A stretch of 64,000 bases of DNA, taken from contig OZ024741.1 in NCBI GenBank assembly GCA_964016885.1, positions 336,102,001-336,166,000 of the forward strand, written 5' to 3'. The translations under genes and the position numbers were made by a program. How positions within the stretch are numbered: the stretch's first letter is position 1; each line of letters starts with the position of its first letter. The notes beneath the pieces are model-generated. The model did not search any database, had not been told where the DNA came from, and worked only from the letters and a program-made list of their open reading frames with translations. The DNA is from Eledone cirrhosa. Taxonomy: Eukaryota. Positions 26,401 to 39,055 of this stretch are shown piece after piece.

Positions 26401-26890
26401 TGAAAAATAGAGCGAGAAACGGGACTGTCCATCATCAGTGATCTTCTGACTATCATCGGTATTTTTTTGCATTAAAGACCAGATACCTCAAAATCAGTGC
26501 GAGCAATAACTAAAATAAGTTATTGGGACAGAGCGAATTGGGTGGAGAAAGAGAGACAGTAAACAAACAAAAATAGTAATGCAACGTAAAGAGAGGAAAT
26601 GAAAGACAAGTCAATGATACATGTGAACTTAAGTTCGAACAAATCAACGACGAGAAGACAGCAGACACATCCGAACCCTGCGAAATGTGAGTGAGAAAAG
26701 GATTTCCCACAGGTCAGGCGGGAGGATGTGAGAGAGGGGGAGCAGCAGAGAGAGAGTCAGTGAAAGTGTGAGGAAGAGGCCAGCTGAGAAAGTGTGTGAC
26801 CAGCAGAGGGGGTGAATGAAAGCAAGAGGTACAAGGAGAGAGAAGGGGGAGAGAGAAAGAGGATAGCAGTAAGGTGATAGAAAAGGACAT
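26397..26890. repeat. Unclassified interspersed repeat
   Basis: Clearly similar to 44408-44720. Confidence 0.6.
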
Positions 26891-27313
26891 ATACATATAT
26901 ATATATATGAGTGAACCAGTTTAAAACTAGTTAGACCATTATTCAACAGATTACTCGATACTTGGGTGTAATAGAGTATAACTATATAATAAAGAGTCAG
27001 GACCTAATGGCAGGTAGCCAAGACAAACGTAGGTTGACTACATTGGATAACCAATAAATAATAATTTCTCACATCACCTCTCTCTTTCACTACAAATGTA
27101 CAAACATCATCACCACCACCCAAAAACAACTGCTCACACACATCTTTAGGCAGGCACAAATGCGCATACATACAAGCACAATAAGTGCCTTATATATGTA
27201 CATACATGCACACACCACCTACACATATACACCTTTTGACTTCATAGTGTTAGAACTTATCAAATTAAAAATATTAATTAAAATAAAACTGTATTAATCC
27301 ACCGGTAGTTTAA

Positions 27314-27538
27314 CCCTTTATCATTTACATTACTCTATATATACTATTTTATTTTCATAGTAAATGATTTATCTCACATAATTATCTCACATAATATCAA
27401 GTCTCTGAGATTTTGGTATTTATTTTGAGAACAATACCTTAACATAAGTATGAGTGGCCAGTTACAGCCACTTTGAACAGAAAGAAGTGAGAGGTGAGAG
27501 AATTCTGGTCAGATACGGCTGATTTAAATGCTAAAGGG
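27314..27538. mobile_element. piggyBac-type MITE
   Basis: ttaa-ccctttatca ... tgctaaaggg-ttaa; homologous to 7284-7500. Confidence 0.8.
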
Positions 27539-28444
27539 TTAAAGTATTTTAAGTGCTCAGCACAACAACCAGTAACAGTTACAACAATAATTCAAATTGA
27601 ACACTCACTCTCACATACATAGGTACCCACAACAATCTTAGGCCTACTATATGGCAGAACAAAGGAATAACAACCCCAACACCACATTCACACACTTGCA
27701 GGTTGACAAACCCCAACATCGATATGAATATAATAAGGGCCATATACACACACATTCGCACCCACAACTTCTCCACATAGACATGCATTTAACTTTGTAG
27801 TGCTAGAACGCACCTAATTAAAATGTGGGTCTTTTAAATTAAATGTACACTTTGGCCCATAATTTAAGGTAATTTAAGTGTTAGTTTAGCTGCCAGTAAC
27901 AAATGCAATAAGAACTTCAACTGACACACTCACTCAAAATTACAACAATTGTAATATCTACTAGATGATCTGTCATCTTTGGTTATAACTAAAACATAGC
28001 TTCCCTTGTTGACAGATATATTTAATTTTTCAATGGGAGACTGGGCTATTCTTTGATTGGTATGAGCTGGTGATGCTGGTCATGGCACCAATTCTATGGC
28101 TCTATTGTCTGAAAATCCTGAAAAATATGCTTGCTGGCAGACATACACACATTCACACATCTTCGATAAATATAATTCTATCTCACCTTCACATTTCTTC
28201 TATCTTAAATGGAGCATACAGATACACATGGATACCCACATAGACACACACATACATATACACACTTACAAACCTACACACTCACATCCACTCCCTAAAT
28301 ATATAAAAAAAATATATAAAATTGTATGTATGTGTATCTACATATATACAATACAATCAATCCATACTAAAACTTTTCTGCAACATCCTATAAAGAAAAT
28401 TTATTAGTAGCTGGACATTTTACACCCTTATTTTGAGAAACCAT

Positions 28445-28540
28445 GACACCCCTGATGATATGGCTTGTCAACCGTGAGGCCTTTCAGCTAACAGTCCAGA
28501 GCTAGCTGTTGAAACGGCAAGAGCTCAACTGTCAGGTCCC
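28445..28540 (+). ncRNA. Hammerhead-like motif with long stem II
   Basis: CTGATGA atggc...gctgt GAAA cgg...ctgTC; stem I weak. Confidence 0.4.
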
Positions 28541-28564
28541 GACTCTTTATAACACACACACACA

Positions 28565-28825
28565 TATGCAAAAGGAAAATGGAAACAACAAAGCAAACAC
28601 AATGCAACTAAGAAATGTATTAGTTTAATATAGTTTTCCTACTTGATAGAGTATGGAAAGAGTTTTAACGTATCAGACACTAGTCCTTCATCAGAAGATA
28701 GAATGAGAAATGAAATAAAAAAATGAAATAGAAAGATAGAGGACAGTGAAGAGAGGCAGGAATAGAAACAAAATGTTTTGAAAAAGAACACATCTAGAAC
28801 CAAGACTATAGTAGAAGACACTTTT
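28565..28825 (-). mobile_element. PLE pseudo-LTR-like repeat with degenerate minimal hammerhead
   Basis: Minus strand tcttCTGATGAaggactagtgtctGATAcgttaaaa; same family as 34720-34945 and 37690-37850. Confidence 0.55.
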
Positions 28826-29254
28826 CTCAGAGGTCATATTTTGGAATAGAACTTGCGGCAACATGGTTGCAAAGCTTAGTTTTTAAACCACACAGCCATA
28901 CAGTTATGAAATTTAGTACAAGTTTCACTCTTCTAATTTGGTTCACTAGTTTTAGAAAGGCATCATGCTGGGAAAGTAATTTGCAGACTCATTCTATGCC
29001 AGTTCAGAGAAAACATGTAAAATTGAAATTCAGAAATATTTCATGAAATGTCTTCGAAGAAATGTTTACAAAAGACATAAAGAATGTCTAGAGTTGGAAC
29101 TTCCATGGAATCTGATTTATTGATCAACTGAAACCAGACAGTGAACTTATGATTTAATTTTATATCTCAGTTGGTGAGTAAAAGCCACATTAATTACTGA
29201 TTTTCGATGGCTCCCAATCACTGGCTAACTAACTTTGTTTTCTATGATGACAAT

Positions 29255-29830
29255 AGTTTCTCCCTATGTACAAAAGGAAGGCTGCATGATACCTGTGTGT
29301 GAAGTGCAATGCTGCATAGTGGTGAAATATGGGCAGTAACTGCAGAGAACATACGCAGGCTGGAGAAACATGAAGCAACCATGCTTCATTGGATGTGCAA
29401 TGTAAGAGAAAGGCAGAGCTGATGGAAAAGCTGGGTTTAAGTGGAATCAGAATTAGTATGCAAGAGAGAAAGCACCATTGGTATGAACATGTGATGCACA
29501 TCATTTTACAACGTATACCATGTGCAGATTATCATGGCAGCAGTACTAGAAATGTTGTCAAGTCTTTGACAATGCTAAAGGGTCTTCTTTACCCTATGTT
29601 ACCTTGGTTCGTGCATCAATCACTATATATATTTACACACTCACTCATACACATTCTCTCTCTCTTTCAATCTTGCACACACACACACACATATGGTTTG
29701 GACTAGGTACGTCATATCGTTACATGTTGTGGGAGATGATAAAAGGGGTTGGTATTGAGGGGCATCTGACCGTAAAACTTTGCCTCAAAAAGTCCTGTCC
29801 AACATATGCCAGCACGGGAAAGATGACATA
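29255..29830 (+). mobile_element. Old degraded RTE 3' fragments
   Basis: Remnants of AMLH.GE, GLSGIR..QER..HWYEHVM and a 3'UTR module. Confidence 0.6.
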
Positions 29831-29867
29831 AGTATCATGTTGATAATAAACCAATGTTATATAATTT

Positions 29868-29906
<39 letters not shown>

Positions 29907-30232
29907 ATAATAATAAATTTGAAGACTAAAATCCAAAGAGGGCTCGATAAGGATAAATATATATCAAATATATAAGAACCGTAGAGCAAATCTGTTATTT
30001 AAATAAATATATATATATATATAAAGTAGAATACTTATTCCATCTTTCTGTTTTTTTCATCGAATTATAGTGTTTTCTACAAAATATTAGACATAAGGTA
30101 TCCTATGATATTGGCAGTGTGCAGGCACTCTGAGGTCTAGGAGTCTTAGTTTCCATTCTCTCATTGAGCAATCATGATCACTATGTATATATCAATCTCT
30201 TTTGATATATATATATATGATGATGATGATGA

Positions 30233-30568
30233 AGGCACATGGCTTAGTGGTTAGACCATTGGCCTTGCAACCGAAAGGTTGTGAGTTCAATTCTCAGAAC
30301 GGCTGATGTCTTGTTTCCTTGAGCAAGACACTTTATTTCACATTGCTCCAGTTTACTTAGCTGTAGAAATGAGATGATAGGGGTCCCTATCATTCCACTG
30401 CAAAGTGCTCGTGGAGGTGCCATGGCAAAAAAGCACCCAGCACTCACTGTAAATGAGGTTGGTGTTAGGAAGGGCATCCAGTTGTAGAAATCAAACCAGA
30501 ATCAGTTCCCGTCCCACCCTTGCAAGCAGGGAAAAGCGGACATAAAATGATGAAGATGATGATGATAT
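30233..30568 (+). mobile_element. V-like tRNA SINE with RTE-A tail
   Basis: Full-length copy of the 10788-11122 family. Confidence 0.85.
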
Positions 30569-30569
30569 A

Positions 30570-30805
30570 TATAAGGAAAAAGATGAAATCGAAAATACAA
30601 CTGGAGTTTTTTTAAGAATATTTATTTGGTTCGATCCTAATTCTACTTTTGCAAAGCACAAGAACTGCGAAACCGGTAAAGGAACCAAATAAATATTCTT
30701 AAAAAGACTCCAGTTGCATTTTCGATTTCATCTTTTTTCCTTATACTTTCACTCGTGTAGGACATCTCGTTTTTTTTCATTTTGTAAAAAAAAACTCATT
30801 TTCTA

Positions 30806-30810
<5 letters not shown>
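30570..30810 (+). repeat. Asymmetric fold-back element with hammerhead 3' half in the spacer
   Basis: Arms ~30570-30632 and 30682-30745; the spacer ends in GAAACCGGTA. Confidence 0.7.
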
Positions 30811-30876
<66 letters not shown>

Positions 30877-31692
30877 TGATACACACACTCACACACACAG
30901 ACCAGCATAGTTTTGGTCTACCAATTCTACTCACACAATATTGGTCAATGTGAGACTACATCTGAAGACATTTATTTACCTTAGTTTCTGAACAGTAGGA
31001 ACAAACCTGAAACCATGTGCTTGCAAAGTTATTTTTTAACCTCAGTACCACAATACCTGTAACTTGTAACTGTATTTATCTGTTATTTATGTTTCATTTT
31101 TGTTTTCTTTTTAACTTAAACGTAACATTATCCAGTAAAATTTGATTTTCTGATTAACCAAGCAAACTCTAATTATAACTGCAGCTTTGTTTAGATAACT
31201 ATCTGTCTAACATTATCAGACTACCTAGTATTATTGGAAAATAATACATCTTAGTGAGAATATTATTAATTCTAGAAAGGTGGTGGCTTATAACATTTGA
31301 TAGAGAGAGAGAGAGAGAGAGCTACTACTTGTATTTTATATTTGTTTGTAGTATTTTTTTATTTTTAAAACCAAATCTTAGTCGTATTTTTAAAATCAAT
31401 TTAAACTGCATTAAATTTCTTTCCAACCAAAAATGTCAAATAACCTGACTAATTACCATTCAACTCAAGTTGTATTGATTTTTAGGAAATATGTGTTGAA
31501 GAGAGGAGAATCAGAGATTTATACTGTTGTTGTTGTGGTGATTGTTGTTGTTTGTTGTTGTTGTTAATTGTTTTCTTATAATGGTAGTTATTCCAGTTCC
31601 AGAAGAGTTTAAATTTTTTTAAATTTCTTTTATAAAATGTTTAAAGTTTACAAAGACTTTGTTCAATTCTGACCATAATTTATATATGTATG

Positions 31693-31726
<34 letters not shown>

Positions 31727-31952
31727 TATATACACACATATATATACCCACATTCACATATATATATATACACACATACATATACCCTCCCCATATATAT
31801 ATATACATATATATAAATATATGTGTATGTATATAAATATATATATATATACATATATATATAATATATATACATATATATATATATACATAAATATATG
31901 TGTGTGTACATATATGTATATATATATATATATACACATATATGTACGTATG

Positions 31953-31984
<32 letters not shown>

Positions 31985-32420
31985 TATATACCATCATCAT
32001 CATTTTACGTCCGCTTTTCCCTGCATGCTGTACGTTTATGTCTAAGGAAAAAAGCTGGCCACAATGCTTAGTGGTTTTGGCTTATATTTAACAAGCCTTT
32101 TCAAGGGTGTCCCCACTCTGCTTCTTCCCATGCATAGACTACTCTCCTGATTTGTGATCCCCCCTGGTCTCAGCACCACAGACTATATATATATATTTTG
32201 ATGAGCGATTTCAGACGTCTGTGTTGAACTCATCTGTCTTTGTGAAACCTTTGGTAAATGGAATAAATGTCTTATGTTGTTTATTACATAACTAAATAGC
32301 TCTGTAGCTTACATAGAGCACTCCCCTTTCCTTTACCCTTCCTACGGAAATAATTCATATATATATATGGAGGCACATGGCTTAGTGGTTAGAGCATTGG
32401 CCTTGCAATCAAAAGGTTGT

Positions 32421-32725
32421 GAGTGGGTTAATCGGCCGGGTGCACCGAAAACGTTTTCGGTGCACCCGGCCGATTAACCCACTCGATATGCAAATTAGGC
32501 CACTCAGCCATTAATATGCATAAAGAAAGTATATACTTTCAGACGTTCAATCATCTGGCAGGAAGGTATACGTTGCTGATGATAGCTAATAAGCTTGAAA
32601 CTAGTACAGCGTTCTTTTGTCAGTGTTGAATAAACGAGCAACGATGGTTGCTAGACACTACGGCTTAATACGGGATGTTTGTTTACAAACACACTGAGCA
32701 TTATAATAAATGTTCGGTGAATCCA
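32421..32725 (+). mobile_element. PLE-like pseudo-LTR: perfect 64-bp palindrome plus minimal hammerhead ribozyme
   Basis: Palindrome 32421-32484; acgttg CTGATGA tagctaataagctt GAAA CTAG TA cagcgt at 32570-32612; abuts a SINE head (32370-32424). Confidence 0.75.
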
Positions 32726-33539
32726 TACGTACATATATATATGTGTGCATGTATGTATATATATATACATACTACTGTACGTCTGTATACATATATGTAT
32801 GTACGTGTACATACTTATATTTAAATAACAGCCGTACTAAGAGTGGGAAATGAAATTTCGTTTCATTTTTTCCGATATATATATATATTTATATATCATC
32901 ATCATCATCATCATTTTACATCCGCTTTTCTCTGCTTGAAAGGGTGAGATATATATATTTATATATATATATCCTCTACTTCCACTAATATGCCCACTCT
33001 GAATCTTACCATGTATTGAGTACATCTTTGATCTGTGGTCTTCCCGGTCCCAGTTCTGCAGACTATAAAAATATATATATATATTTATATATATCATTTT
33101 TTATGATTAAGTGTTAAAGAATAAAACTTAATGTATTTTTATAAATGAGGCCCCTGAGAGTGTGTGGTGCTACACCATAGCTTATTTAGCTTAGGGTTTA
33201 ATAAGTCCAGTACTGAGTGCAAATCATTTTATCCAACATTCTAATGACCCTGCTAATTGACTACCTTTTGATCATAATGTATTATAAGTTTCCTACTTGA
33301 AAGCTGGCTTCATTTTCCAACAGTCATTTGTTTTCAGCACCTTTCATTCTGTTTAGTATAACTTGACTCAGTATTTTTATTTATTAGTCTGACAAATTGC
33401 ATTATATCTGATATTTCTTATGATATTTCTTGTCTTTCATTAATATAATAGCTTTAGTTTTAAGATAACTTCTACTATATAATGTACTTATGTTTCTCAA
33501 ACTCACACTTATATATATATATTATATATACATATATAT

Positions 33540-33644
<105 letters not shown>

Positions 33645-33987
33645 ATTATACACACACAGATATATATATATACATGCATACATTCATATATATATTTGAG
33701 TGTGTATGTGTGTCAGAGAAGATATGTTGCAAGAGAAAGAGAGAGAGAGAAAGAAATTATATTTATTGTTATCCACATTTAGTAATTTTTCCATTAGTTA
33801 TTAATATGTTAAGTCCCAATAGCAACATAATTCCCATCTCTAAGTAGCCTTGCTTAATAAAAACAGACAGGATATATTACTGGTATAAAAGGTTTGGAAT
33901 ACAATACTGTAAAATACCTACAACTAAAATCTATCTTCATGATAAAATGTACTTTGTATATCATGATATATATATATATATATAAAG

Positions 33988-34690
33988 CTAGAAATGTAGT
34001 CTATAGCATAAGATGTACAGAAGGTACTTGCAGAAACATGACAATAACATACATAGGAGAGACAGCATAGAGGAGGGAATAGACCAACACTGGGGTGAAC
34101 TAAAAGGACAAAATGATGGTTCAGTGCTATATGAACATGCCAGACTAAGACATGATGGTAATATAGACAACATAGAAATTAAAATAATATCTAAACATAG
34201 AAATGACTCAACAGGTAGATAAATTAGGGAAGCAACTGAAATAGAACTAAGAAAACCAAAGTTGAACAGAAAAAAATGAATGGAATAACAACAACAACCA
34301 CACATAAACACACACTAGTGAGCAAAGATAGAATACAAATACACACAGATTAGACATGAACACACACCAAACAGAAAACACACACACACACTCCTGCACA
34401 AACAGAGACAAGAATAAATAAAAAATAGAATAGACATTACAATACAACGGGAGGAAACATAATAGTACCACTGATGATGTCACAGGTGTGTGATGAAAGA
34501 ACTTTGATAGACTATATATAGTCATATCTATATTTTAACTGTTGGTTGCTAGCTAAATTAACTATAGGGACATAAGATAGCAAACATACAGAAGCGAATA
34601 CCAATCCAAACGAAACAGTGAGTGTGTTTTATTATATATTTCTGGCAATATCATAACAATATGATCTTCCCCAAATATAACAATATATAT
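33988..34690 (+). mobile_element. Penelope-like element 3' fragment (GIY-YIG C-terminus + pLTR with hammerhead)
   Basis: SVLYEHARLRH...KIISKH...R*IREA.EI...P.LNRK resembles the GIY-YIG C-terminus; CTGATGA tgtcacaggtgtgtgat GAAA at 34471-34498; pLTR copy at 58560-58840. Confidence 0.65.
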
Positions 34691-34719
34691 ATATATATAT
34701 TTCTCCAAAATAACTGACT

Positions 34720-34945
34720 GAATACACACGCGCTTTTTCTTGAAAACATCTTTTTTCTTTTCCTCTTTTCATGTTCTATCTTGATATTTCATTTTTTATT
34801 TTTCATTCTGTCTTCTGATGAAGGACTAGTCTCTAAAACGTTAAGACTCTTTTCTTACTCTACACTATCAAGTTAAACTAATATATTTCTTTATTGTACT
34901 GTGTTGTTTGTTTTGTTGTTTCCATTTCCATTTACTTTTTGCATA
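34720..34945 (+). mobile_element. pLTR-like repeat with degenerate hammerhead
   Basis: gtcttCTGATGAaggactagtctctAAAAcgttaagac. Confidence 0.55.
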
Positions 34946-35291
34946 CACACACACACACACACACACATACACGTATATATCACCTCATTTCCATCATTCC
35001 CTGGGTTAGAATGGTTATCACGCTGACACTAGACAATCAGATCAGGTTTTTATGTATTGCTTATATGTTTCATTTTGGCATGGCTGCTACAGATGGTCAC
35101 CCTGCCTAATGTCAAACATTTCACAGTATGTACTGTGTTTGTTTTCTCATTGTATTCCCACAATCAACTGACAGACTGGGCTGAGATTTGAATGCCTTTT
35201 TTTTTATTGTGGTACCAGTAATACAACATTTTAACACTAGTGCACTTCGCTTGCATCCTTGTCCATGATTAGTTATACACACATAAACATA

Positions 35292-35775
35292 TTATCATCA
35301 TCATCACTGTTTAACGTCCATTTTCCATGCTAGCATGGGTTTGACAGGTTGTCCTATTTACAGCAAGTTGAAGTCAGATGACCATGTCTTTCTCATGTTA
35401 GGACATGGGAAGTGTGTGGAAGGGGGATGAAGGTGAAGGTGGTGCATACCGGATGTATGCTTCAGCCAGTGCTCATGGGAGGTGTATGGGAGGGGGGATG
35501 GAGGTGTATGCTATATGTATGTTTCAGCCTGTACTTGTGGGAAGGCAGGTCTTCTGTATTACTGCATAACACCAGAAATCATGGTCCTGTGTCATCACCT
35601 TTGAGACGTGCAATTGTGCAAGATCAACTTCTATCACCTCCTCTCAAGTCCTCCTGGGTCTTCCTACCCCATATCTGCCATCAACTTTGAGCGTTCTGCA
35701 TCTTTTTATAAGCTGTCATCTTTCATACACATCACATGTCCATACCAATAGAATCTCCTCTCCTGCACACAGCAA
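35292..35775 (-). mobile_element. Old RTE 3' fragment with 3'UTR
   Basis: CCVQERRFYWYGHVMCMKDDS; terminal stem-loop and (CAT)n. Confidence 0.75.
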
Positions 35776-36032
35776 TACACACACACACACAGATGATCAA
35801 CTGAACCAATCAACAAGATCCCAGACATCATTAGCTTACTGAGTGGAGTGCAACTCAACAAATTCAACCAAGGAAACAATGTTTCAATCGGTCTTTCCAC
35901 TGCTGATACTATCTTCCAGTTGTAATTCTTGGCAGAAAGAGCAACCTGAAATATATTGTCTTGCTCAAAGAGATAATGCATTAAATCCAATTCTCTAACC
36001 ACTAAGCCACACACCTTTATATATATATATAT

Positions 36033-36400
36033 ATAAATGTAATCTGAGTTTTTCAAATATTAATAATAACATTCGATTCGTTTGCAATTATGCAACCAAT
36101 TTATAGCCATGTCAGTGGAATGAACACTTCATTCTTGCTCTTGTGTTGGCATGCAAACAGTTTGGCAGGTGAACAGTGAGCTGTACTGATGAAGGGTGAT
36201 ACCCAGAAACATTAGTGTCTGCAGTTCTATTCACATGCCAACACAAGAGCAAGAATGAAGTGTTCATTCTACTGACATGGCTATAAAATTGAGGCTTGTT
36301 TGCATAATTGCAAACGAATCGAATGTTATTATTAATATTCGAAAAACTCAGATTACATTTATTGTATTCAGCCATGTAGAGCGAAATTTTCTTTTTATAT
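36033..36400 (+). mobile_element. Fold-back element with ~120-bp inverted arms enclosing a complete type-I hammerhead ribozyme
   Basis: Arms 36033-36153 and 36234-36362; flanked by (TA)n. Confidence 0.8.
36169..36234 (+). ncRNA. Type I hammerhead ribozyme
   Basis: gagctgta CTGATGA a GGGT gat ACCC a GAAA CA ttag TG TC tgcagttc: intact core, stems I-III pair, GUC cleavage triplet ending at 36219. Confidence 0.85.
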
Positions 36401-36625
36401 ATAAATATATATATATAATAATACAATGTCTAACCCATGCTAGCGTGGAAGATGGTCGTTAAATGAAGATGATGATGATGATGAAGGACGATTTGTTAAG
36501 CCTTCATTATGTTTATTGATTGGTGACGCAGGTTTCGCTGTTGATCAGCTCAAGGTTTGATCTGTATCTAAACATCGAGTGCTCACCTGGGTGAACCTAC
36601 AGTAAATTCACGTTACACTCTCTGG

Positions 36626-36674
<49 letters not shown>

Positions 36675-36714
36675 ATTTATTATGACTAAGAGTAAAGTCT
36701 GATCAGTTGGCTTT

Positions 36715-37555
36715 GTGCCTAAATTAGAAACATTATTGTTAAAGTACCAGTAATGTACTGAGTAATTGCTGGCCTTGTGCCAAAAGTAGAAACAATTATT
36801 GTTATTACTATTTTTATTGGCGCAGTAGAGCATCAGACACTATGCTTTGCAGCATAGTGTTATGGCCCTTTACGTTCTGAGTTCAAATCCAGCTGAGGCT
36901 AGCTTTGCCTTTCATCTTGACAGGGTCGATAAAATAAAGCACCAGTAATGCACTGGTGTAATTGCTGGCCTTGTTCCAAAAGTAGAAACAATTATTATTG
37001 TTATTATTATTATCCTTGCAGTTATTATTATTATCCGAAGGCGGTGGATTGGCAGTATCGGTAGAGGGTCAGACGCCATGCTTTATAACAAAGAGTTACG
37101 GCCCTTTATGGTCTGAGTTCAAATCCCGCCTATGTTAACTTTGCCTTTCATCCTTACGGGGTCGATAAAATAAAGTAACAGTAATGTACTGGGTAATTGC
37201 TGGCCTTGTGCTAAAAAGTAGAAACAATTATTATTATCCTTGCAGGGTTGATCAAATAAAGTACCAGTAACCTACTGTAGTTGATTTAATCAACTTTCTC
37301 TTCCCCTAAAATTGCTGGCCTTGTGCCTGAATCAGAAACCATTATTATTATTATTATTATTATTATTGGGCAGTATCAGTAGAGGGTCGGACGCTATGCT
37401 TTCCCGCATAGTTACGTCCCTTTACGATCTGAGTTCAAATCCCGCCGAGGTTGACTTTGCCTTTCATCCTTACAGGGTTGATAAAATAAAGCACCAGTAA
37501 TGCACTGGGGTAATTGTTGGCCTTGTGCCAAACGTAGAAATAATTATTATTATTT
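36715..37555 (+). mobile_element. Tandem cluster of Meta-like SINEs and SINE 3' ends
   Basis: At least three near-full copies plus tails arranged head-to-tail, each in the (att)n tail of the previous one. Confidence 0.8.
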
Positions 37556-37756
37556 GTACTGGCAGAAAGAGCAATGTGAAATTAAGTGTCTTGCTCAAGA
37601 ACATAATGCATTTCCCAGTCCAGAAATCAAACCCGTGACCTCATGATTGTGAATCCAATTCTCTAGGCAACATGAATTGTCCTGTTATTTTTCTCTAAAA
37701 ACATTTTTTACAATTCCACCCCGCCCATCCCTTCAATCTTTCTAATTTCTCATTCT

Positions 37757-37795
37757 TTCTTCTGATGAAGGACTAGTGTTCGAAACGTTAAGACC
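37757..37795 (+). ncRNA. Minimal hammerhead ribozyme in pLTR-like repeat
   Basis: tctt CTGATGA aGGAC tagt GTTC GAAA CG TT aaga; palindromic stem III. Confidence 0.65.
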
Positions 37796-38064
37796 CTCTT
37801 CCTGCTATATCAAGCATTAACCTAATATATTGCTGTTTACCTTTTACACACACACACATGTGGTTAGATTTTCTAATTATTTTATTGCCTAATGTTTCAG
37901 ATCAGAGAAACATTTTCAAAGTTATGAAGAGCTTTGTTAGTTGACATTATTATATATTACTGCTTCTAAATGTTTCTTTCTTCTCAATGAAGAATATTGG
38001 TCTCTCTGATTGGACAAATCAGCTTTTATCATTTTCTACTAATTGTACTTGATTTATCACTTTT

Positions 38065-38520
38065 TCAACTACTACTTCTACTACTACTACTACTACTCCG
38101 ACCACCACTACCATGACAACGACTACTAGTACTACCATCACCACTGCTGCCACTACCATACTGCCACTACCACCGCTACCACCACCACAGCTACTACTAC
38201 TACTACTACTACTACTGCTGCTGCTACTACTACTACCACTGCCACCACCTCTTCTTCTTGTCATTGCTGTTTTTGCCACTTCCACCAACCCTACACCATC
38301 ACCATCTCCTCTTGTTCTTGTTCTTCTTTTTCTTCTTTTCCTTGTTAGTTTTATTGTTATTCCACCTCCTCCTGTCATTGTTGCCATTGTTGTTGTTGTT
38401 GTTGTAACTGTGAATTGTTTTACAGCTGATTGTTGTGTTGCAATAACTGGTCTTGCCAAATACAATGAATAGGTTTTCATCACCCATATTGACCTAGGGC
38501 TAAACACCACCACCACCACC

Positions 38521-38553
<33 letters not shown>

Positions 38554-38578
38554 ACTGCTACTACTGCTACTACTAGTA
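38065..38578. repeat. Mixed trinucleotide low-complexity region (CTA/CCA/CTG/GTT)
   Basis: Directly visible. Confidence 0.9.
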
Positions 38579-38656
38579 TGAACACCCTTAACATCATAAC
38601 TATTGTTAATCTTCAGATATATATCTGTTTCTGTGCATATACAGGTGTTTCTATGC

Positions 38657-38693
<37 letters not shown>

Positions 38694-38780
38694 TCTATGT
38701 TTGGATGGATGTAGTATATATGTATATATATATGTATATACATGTATACATATATATATATGTATGTGAGTGTATATATA

Positions 38781-38910
38781 TAATAATAATAATAATAATG
38801 AAATTATTGTGTACAGTGCTCAGGTGCACTACAACTCATCAAAGGTGCATGTATAGTACATAGAATAATGTACAAATGTCAGGAAAACGAACAGTGTATG
38901 AGTCATGATA
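38781..38910 (-). mobile_element. Short CR1 3' end (same subfamily as 6500-6628)
   Basis: Second tandem 3'UTR with its own (ATT)n tail beside the full element. Confidence 0.75.
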
Positions 38911-39055
38911 TAATAATAATAACAATAATGAAATATTGTGTACAGTGCCCAGGTGCACCACAACTCATCAAAAAAGTGCATGTACAGTACATAGGGCAAT
39001 GCACAAACATCAGTAAATGATACACACATGTGTGCATGTGTATGGAAGGGGTACA

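Noticed and set aside
26415-26445. Hammerhead on the minus strand (ctgatgatggacagtcc), also at 44435-44452
   Set aside because: No GAAA follows stem II in either copy
38019-38597. 192-aa ORF with apparent signal peptide and TM segments
   Set aside because: Trinucleotide low-complexity DNA
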